Origin: Candidatus Oxydemutator sp. | Lineage (GTDB): Bacteria; Pseudomonadota; Gammaproteobacteria; Poriferisulfidales; Oxydemutatoraceae | Assembly (NCBI GenBank): GCA_965203445.1 | Contig: OZ241883.1 | Coordinates: forward strand, 1,760,001-1,824,000 | DNA: 64,000 nt | Reading direction: 5' to 3' | In this document: one piece after another, positions 58,451 through 64,000 of the stretch | Layout of the letters: every line of letters starts with the position of its first letter | Position numbering within the stretch: the stretch's first letter is position 1 | Made by a program: the position numbers and the translations under genes | Notes under the pieces: model-generated | The model's input: the letters and a program-made list of their open reading frames with translations, nothing else | Told to the model about the DNA's origin: nothing | Database searches by the model: none

Positions 58451-60173
58451 CGCCGCCTCTGCCGGCGTAGATTTTCCGGTACTCCTCGGCAACGTGGAAT
58501 GTCTCTTCGCCGGCGATGCGCCAGATTTTTTTGTCGCGGTCGACGAAGTCGCTGTCCGGCATCCCGGGTGGTTTTTCGACCGTGACAAACCCGTTGTCGT
58601 TGAGCACCAGATTGATTTTCTCCCAGTCGTCGTAAAAGTATTCCTGCAACAACGGCAGCACCTGACGGCGGAAAATACCGGCGAGTTTTTCGATGGTCGG
58701 CTCGTCCGTAAGCGGCAGGAAATAGGTATGCCCTATCTGGTGGTCGCGGTCGTAGATCGCCTCGATACGCCGGTTGATGATCTCGAGCAGCCGCGCCACG
58801 TCAATGCTCTCGACGGTCACGCCTTGCAGCAGACCGGGTTCGGGCATCATCTCGACGAACTGAAACCGGCGCCGCAACGCAGTGTCCAGCAGTGCTATCG
58901 AGCGGTCGGCGGTGTTCATCGTGGCGATGACATGGAGGTTGGCGGGGACGCTGAACGATTCTTTGGAATAGGGCAGGGTGGTGCTCAGCGCGTCCTCCGC
59001 ACCGGTGCGCTTGGATGGTTCCAACAGCGTGATCAACTCGCCAAAAATCGCCGCGATGTTGCCGCGGTTGATTTCGTCTATGATCAGAACATAAGGCTGC
59101 GACGGCTTGCCGCGCGCGGTCTCGCATATTCGCTTGAATACACCCGGCTCCACCCGATAAGAAATCTGCCCGTCGTCGGTTCGCGCCTTCAAGCCTTCGA
59201 TAAAATCCTCGTAACCGACGCTTTGATGAAAGGTTACGAAGTCTATCCGGCCTTGCTCTTTCAGTTCCTCAAAGCGTCTTTGGACGGCAGGCCCGTCGTC
59301 CAGGTCCACGCCGTCGTCGAGGATGTGCAGAGCTTCCCTTTTGGTACGCCAAGTCTTGCCAGTTCCCGGCGGGCCGTACAGGATGCGGTTCGGGTCGTCG
59401 CTCGTCGGGTTTGGCTCTGGTTCGGGAGGAACTGGTTCGAGTTTATTATCATATGCAGCTTTGGATATTTCATGGAATTGATACTTCGGAAACGCTGCGC
59501 GTACTTGATCGTGTATTTTTTTATAGTCGCTGAAATTCGGCGATTTGCGGTCGTGGAGAGGAATGCCATGATTTTTTAGATACTTTCGTATTTTGCTTTG
59601 AGCTTTTAGATACCCTCGCGTTTTTTTGTCAAGGTTTAAGAAAATTGTGGGGCGGATCCAGAACAAGCCCATCGTAAGGTTAAAAGAAACTTGCTTTACC
59701 GTGAGGGCCTGGTCGAAGGCATTTGCGAATTCTTCGCTGTCCATCGGCTTCTGGTCTGGGTGTAACGCCAACTCATATACATGCCAAAGTTTTTCAATGT
59801 CATCTTTCTTTCTGTCGCTTTTGAAAGTAAAAAACCAGCTCTTCTCGGAGCGTAACAATGGAATTCCGGAGAAATCGTTTGGGGTCTTGGCCTGGACGTC
59901 GAATTTCCGTTTGACGGCCTCGATAATGGCGATCCGGTTGCTTTTTCTTGGTTTTGTTCCTCGGTTAAAAACACCGTAGAAAGTAAAAGGATCGATCTCT
60001 GTCAGCAGACTGCTTTTCCCTTGCTCGTCTTTGTCAGAAAGAGAACTGATCGTCAATCCTTGTTCTTCCAACCCCTCCAGAAACTTTATCAGCTGACGTT
60101 GGCGTTTCCGATATTCGAGAAGAGCCGTGGCAAGCTCCTCATAAAAAGGGATCCAAGTAAATTGCGTGGACAT
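58443..60173 (-). CDS. mcrB: McrB-like AAA+ GTPase
   Basis: ILYGPPGTGKT, FVTFHQSVGYEDF, IIDEINRGN and the McrB signature MNTADRS...LRRRF; RBS GGAGG. Confidence 0.92.
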   Translation of the reverse strand: MSTQFTWIPFYEELATALLEYRKRQRQLIKFLEGLEEQGLTISSLSDKDEQGKSSLLTEIDPFTFYGVFNRGTKPRKSNRIAIIEAVKRKFDVQAKTPNDFSGIPLLRSEKSWFFTFKSDRKKDDIEKLWHVYELALHPDQKPMDSEEFANAFDQALTVKQVSFNLTMGLFWIRPTIFLNLDKKTRGYLKAQSKIRKYLKNHGIPLHDRKSPNFSDYKKIHDQVRAAFPKYQFHEISKAAYDNKLEPVPPEPEPNPTSDDPNRILYGPPGTGKTWRTKREALHILDDGVDLDDGPAVQRRFEELKEQGRIDFVTFHQSVGYEDFIEGLKARTDDGQISYRVEPGVFKRICETARGKPSQPYVLIIDEINRGNIAAIFGELITLLEPSKRTGAEDALSTTLPYSKESFSVPANLHVIATMNTADRSIALLDTALRRRFQFVEMMPEPGLLQGVTVESIDVARLLEIINRRIEAIYDRDHQIGHTYFLPLTDEPTIEKLAGIFRRQVLPLLQEYFYDDWEKINLVLNDNGFVTVEKPPGMPDSDFVDRDKKIWRIAGEETFHVAEEYRKIYAGRGGDA

Positions 60174-60195
60174 CTCTTCCTCCTTAAATACAACG

Positions 60196-61028
60196 TGAAC
60201 CTATCTCAAAATCGAATATCTGCTGATTATCGTGTATGATCTATTGCGTGGTACGATTGAGCGATGAGCAATGGGAACGCATACGCAAACACTTCCCAGA
60301 AGAAAACATCCCACCCGGTCGGGCCGGTCGCAAGCCGGTGCCGGCAAGGGAGGTTCTCGAAGGCGTCCTGTGGATCCTGAACACGGGCGCGCAATGGAAG
60401 ATGCTGCCGCAATGTTATCCGAATTACAAAACAGTTCACCGTCGTTTTCAACGCTGGTGTATGGACAACACCTTGCGTGATTTGCTGGTGGACTTGGCCA
60501 ACGATTTGCGCCAGGAAGGGGTCGTGGACGAGAGGGAGTGTTACATAGAGATGTTTGCCGCGGCCAAAGGGGGTGGCACCGAGGTGTGTAGGACGAAGCG
60601 CGGAAAAGGCGTCAGGATCATGGCCATAGTGGATAAGCATGGCCTGCCGTTGTCGCTCAGTACGCACGCGGCGAACCATCACGAAGTGACCTTGGTGCAG
60701 TTGAGTTTTGACTTTTACATGATAGAAGCGAAGCCGAAGAACCTGATAGGGGATCGCGCCTATGATAGCGATGGTTTGGATGAAGAATTGCGCGCTTCTG
60801 GGATAGAGATGATAGCCCCGCACAAACGCAATCGTAAGAAGCACAAGACGCAAGATGGTCGGAGGCTGCGCCGCTATGAAAGACGCTGGATAGTGGAGAG
60901 CTCTTTTGCATGGCTACAATGGCAACGACGAGTGTTAACGCGGTGGGAGTATTACGCGCATAACTTTTTTGGTTTTGTGCAGCTGGCCGCCATGATGATA
61001 TTGATCAGGCAATTTTGAGATAGGTTCA
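60196..61028 (+). mobile_element. IS5-family insertion sequence (about 830 bp)
   Basis: Perfect 17-bp terminal inverted repeats tgaacctatctcaaaat (60196-60212) and attttgagataggttca (61012-61028) enclose a transposase. No clear target duplication is visible. Confidence 0.93.
60236..61018 (+). CDS. IS5-family transposase
   Basis: LSDEQWERI, WILNTGAQW..LP..YPNYKTVHRRFQRW, IGDRAYDS and RYERRWIVESSFAWL. The start may be GTG 60248. Confidence 0.9.
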   Translation: MIYCVVRLSDEQWERIRKHFPEENIPPGRAGRKPVPAREVLEGVLWILNTGAQWKMLPQCYPNYKTVHRRFQRWCMDNTLRDLLVDLANDLRQEGVVDERECYIEMFAAAKGGGTEVCRTKRGKGVRIMAIVDKHGLPLSLSTHAANHHEVTLVQLSFDFYMIEAKPKNLIGDRAYDSDGLDEELRASGIEMIAPHKRNRKKHKTQDGRRLRRYERRWIVESSFAWLQWQRRVLTRWEYYAHNFFGFVQLAAMMILIRQF

Positions 61029-61231
61029 TAATTCTTTTCTAGTCATTCTGCAGATTCAGTTATATAATTCCCAAAAGAACTTTATCAACTCCTGAAATAC
61101 CACAGAGACTGCAAAACGTATGATTTCTTTTTTACTGATTGGGCTGGAACGGCCCCTCAAATCATGAGTTTGCCGTTGATTTGAGCCATCTGGTGGAGTC
61201 GCCACATCTGTCTTTGAAGTCTTGGTCCGCG

Positions 61232-61993
61232 TCATATCGCTTGAGAGGGCTTGACTGCTGATTTGCAGCGCCTTGGAAGATGGTTCGCAGTAGTTTTTTG
61301 AACCACCACATATGTCTTTGAAGTCTTGGTCCGCGTCATATCGCTTGAGAGGGCTTGACTGCTGACTTGCAGCGCCTTGGCAAGATGGTTCGCAGTAGTT
61401 TCTTGAACCGATACATTCTTTTTTGAAGTCCCGATCCGTGCTGTATCGCTTGAGAGGGCTTGGCTGTTGGCTTGCAGCGCCTCAGCAAGACGGTTCGCAG
61501 TAGTTCTTTGAACCGCCATATCCGTCTTTGAAGTCTTGATCTGCGCTATATCGCTTGAGAGTGCCTGGACGCTGACTTTCAGCGTCTTGGCAAGATAGTT
61601 CGCAGTAGTTTCTTGAACCGATACATTCGTTTTTGAAGTCTCGATCCGCGCTATACGACTGTAAGAAACCCTGGATTTATCGGCAAGCTTCTGGCGCGAC
61701 CACTTTTTGCTCGCACGAGCTTCCTTTAATCTTTTGGGATTAATTTTAACTTTCGGCGGAGAGGAACGCTGGCCGCGAACAGGTTGTTTATCGCTTGAGA
61801 GTGCCTGGACGCTGACTTTCAGCGTCTTGGCAAGATAGTTCGCAGTAGTTTCTTGAACCGATACATTCGTTTTTGAAGTCTCGATCCGCGCTATACGACT
61901 GTAAGAAACCTTGGATTTATCGGCAAGCTTCTGGCGCGACCACTTTTTGCTCGCACGAGCTTCTTTTAATCTTTTAGGATTGATTCTATTCAT
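61232..61993 (-). CDS. XRE-family HTH protein with two full HTH domains plus serial half-domain repeats; probably frameshifted near 61276
   Basis: RLKEARASKKWSRQKLADKS..SYSRIARIE occurs twice (240-bp period), followed by 35-aa (105-bp) repeats. Confidence 0.75.
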   Translation of the reverse strand: MNRINPKRLKEARASKKWSRQKLADKSKVSYSRIARIETSKTNVSVQETTANYLAKTLKVSVQALSSDKQPVRGQRSSPPKVKINPKRLKEARASKKWSRQKLADKSRVSYSRIARIETSKTNVSVQETTANYLAKTLKVSVQALSSDIAQIKTSKTDMAVQRTTANRLAEALQANSQALSSDTARIGTSKKNVSVQETTANHLAKALQVSSQALSSDMTRTKTSKTYVVVQKTTANHLPRRCKSAVKPSQAI

Positions 61994-62131
61994 AATAGTG
62001 TCCTCCTAGAACTTTGTGAATCAGCACTATGTGTAGAAGGAATTATATCTGATGCGCTTTTTGTCTCCAATATCCACAATGGGCTTCGTCATCCTGGTAG
62101 TAATCTCGATTTTGATCGAGTATTGCCGGCT

Positions 62132-62905
62132 TCAGGTTGGCGGAATAACTGATGATTTCTTTGATCGTGGGTCGCCCCTGTATTTCTCGACTAAACTCAG
62201 AATGCCGTAAAAGTCTTCTGCTTCGAATAGTTCGTCGGCGCTGAACGAGACGCTGAATTCTTGCTCGACCGCCATTATCAGCTGAATATGGCCGAGTGAG
62301 TCCCATTGTTCCAACTGGTTCATGGCCGCCTGTTCCACGTCTTCCGGGCGCAGGGCAGGGAAGGCTTTCAGCATAACGCTGGATAGCCGTTGCCGGGTGT
62401 CGTCGGGAATAGGATGGGATTTGTGAATCCGCTCTCCCCGCTGCTGTTCGTTGGGCGCTTCGATTGCGGTGTCTTTTTCAGCAGAGATTTCCACCAGTTC
62501 GAACAGGCCATGGTTCGGGTGCGCGAGAAAGGCAATCCTGGCGCCGTGAAACGCATCATCGCAAACGGGTTCAATGATCACCTTGGCCCCGGCCTTCTCG
62601 GCAACATCCACGGCTCGTTCTATAGACTGCACCGCAAAACAAAAATGGTAAACGCCTTGTCGCTTGAGCGCTATATTGGCAATGGGGGATTCTTTCCCAT
62701 GTGGGCTCAAAATTTCAATTACCGTGCCTCCTTCCAGGCGCACGAAGGCATAATGCGTTTTCTGCGAATTATTGATACCAGGCCCTCGCAGCAAAAGGCT
62801 GTTCGGCAGATGCAGATAATCGTCCAGCGTCCGCTGAAAATCCGCCGTCACGACGGCCACGTGATCCAGATGCGTCACACCGATTTGTCGCCAGAAAGAA
62901 GACAT
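62132..62905 (-). CDS. VOC (methylmalonyl-CoA epimerase/glyoxalase-like) domain fused to an acyl carrier protein
   Basis: LDHVAVV, IEILSP, GVYHFCFAV and LFELVE metal-site motifs; C-terminal WDSLGHIQLIMAVEQEF phosphopantetheine motif; RBS AGGAGG. Confidence 0.85.
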   Translation of the reverse strand: MSSFWRQIGVTHLDHVAVVTADFQRTLDDYLHLPNSLLLRGPGINNSQKTHYAFVRLEGGTVIEILSPHGKESPIANIALKRQGVYHFCFAVQSIERAVDVAEKAGAKVIIEPVCDDAFHGARIAFLAHPNHGLFELVEISAEKDTAIEAPNEQQRGERIHKSHPIPDDTRQRLSSVMLKAFPALRPEDVEQAAMNQLEQWDSLGHIQLIMAVEQEFSVSFSADELFEAEDFYGILSLVEKYRGDPRSKKSSVIPPT

Positions 62906-62907
62906 TG

Positions 62908-64000
62908 CTATTCCTCCTTGACCGCGAACCACCCGGGTATGGCGATGTTCGCGGATCGAATATCCAGCAGGAACGTGTTATCTCCTGCTTTCTGAAAGCC
63001 GTGGCGGCTGAAGACATCCCGTACCGGGCGGTTGCGTTCCGTCGGCAATACTGCCGCTTGTAGCCGCCGCATGCCGCGCTTGTTCATCCTTTTGGTGATC
63101 CACGCGAGTGCCGCCGTTTCTATCGAGCGCCCCATGACTCTGCAGGAGAGCAGCAGGTCATCAATGATTGCGTTGTTGTCCTGGTACAGAATAATGACGA
63201 CCCCGATAATTTCATTGCTGCCAAATTTGTCTTTCAGGCGCAAAGCAAGAATCTCGTTGTCGCCAGCGGCGATCTGCTCCAGATCTTTTTGCCCATAGCG
63301 TCGGGTTGTTGTGTTGAATTGGTTGGTTTTGGCCAGCAGCTGCAATATTCTCTGCCGATTGCTTTCCCCGTAGGGTTCAACATGGAGTTCCATGTTCAGG
63401 CTGACGAGAAAATCCTCGTGATTGGCAAAATGGGTTTTTTGCTCGCGCGCGCGGGCGCGAAGTTCATATTGGCGCGCCCTGTTTCTGTCTTCCTCGGTAA
63501 GTCGTCCCACAAAAAGGTTTGGCATAGTTGTCAAAAATCTATCCCACTGGCATATGTCCGGCGGCATTTCCGGCACGGTTACCTGAGGTAAAGTCTGGCG
63601 AACTTCCTCCCGCTCATAAGGATCGTCGTCAATGAAGCAGACCGAGTTCAGGCCGAGGTTCAGTTCTTCGGCAATTTCGCGGATATTGTCCGGCTTCGGG
63701 CGCCAGTTGATTCTCATAGCGGAGAAATCATTCTTCTTCAGGAGCATGTCCTGCGCCCTTTGCGTGAAAACGTCGAGCACGCTTCTGGTATCGTTCTTGC
63801 TGCACAGAGCGAGAGCAAATCCCTGCCGTCGTAACGCTCTTAGCACGGATTGTATGGCACGGAACTGATTGCCTGGGTAATCTCCACCGATTTGGACTCC
63901 GCCCGGGCCGTTCTCGCCCGCGAGCCCTCCCCACAGTGTGTTGTCCGCATCCACTATCAGCAGCCGGCTGGTCGCGCCGGTCAGTGCCAGCATCCAGCCG
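62908..64000 (-). CDS. FkbH-like HAD-IIIC phosphatase/glyceryl-transferase (5' end probably outside the window)
   Basis: LIVDADNTLWGG, LCSKN, INWRPK, FIDDDPYER, KTNQFNTT, DKFG, LLSCRVMGRSIE and TERN. Confidence 0.9.
   Translation of the reverse strand, partial: GWMLALTGATSRLLIVDADNTLWGGLAGENGPGGVQIGGDYPGNQFRAIQSVLRALRRQGFALALCSKNDTRSVLDVFTQRAQDMLLKKNDFSAMRINWRPKPDNIREIAEELNLGLNSVCFIDDDPYEREEVRQTLPQVTVPEMPPDICQWDRFLTTMPNLFVGRLTEEDRNRARQYELRARAREQKTHFANHEDFLVSLNMELHVEPYGESNRQRILQLLAKTNQFNTTTRRYGQKDLEQIAAGDNEILALRLKDKFGSNEIIGVVIILYQDNNAIIDDLLLSCRVMGRSIETAALAWITKRMNKRGMRRLQAAVLPTERNRPVRDVFSRHGFQKAGDNTFLLDIRSANIAIPGWFAVKEE

Noticed and set aside
1-64000. Complete DGR, retron or prophage in the window
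   Set aside because: No reverse transcriptase, template repeat or phage structural genes were recognised; the DGR-like signal is limited to the codon pattern.

Overview
High-GC bacterial DNA, most likely a gammaproteobacterium judging by the lptFG/pepA/valS and xerD-dsbC synteny and a sigma32-type clpB promoter. The eukaryote-like LRR giant protein and the fucosyltransferase suggest a host-associated organism such as a marine invertebrate or sponge symbiont; this is inference. There are three zones. (1) 1-26646 is the 3' part of a >8,880-aa surface protein built from nested tandem modules: Cys-capped LRR blocks, Ig/He_PIG-like domains, Ca-binding DxDxDG motifs, GLUG beta-helix domains and a dockerin-like C-terminus. 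Its GLUG repeats are hypervariable at fixed loop codons, with an NNC/NNT pattern. (2) 26.8-50.8 kb is mostly core genes: clpB, tRNA-Ser(GGA), an NAD-linked formate dehydrogenase pair plus PCD-like gene, valS, pepA, lptFG, xerD and dsbC. It is interrupted by IS3 debris, a small islet next to the tRNA, three tandem coiled-coil/PD-(D/E)XK paralogs and a GT10 fucosyltransferase. (3) 50.9-64 kb is an accessory/defence island: ABC-ATPase with a truncated TOPRIM partner, Xre-RES toxin-antitoxin, a two-gene tyrosinase, ATPase plus RloB, McrBC, an IS5 element, a repeat-expanded XRE protein, and an FkbH/VOC-ACP locus cut by the window edge. All calls were made by eye from motifs; no database searches were run.
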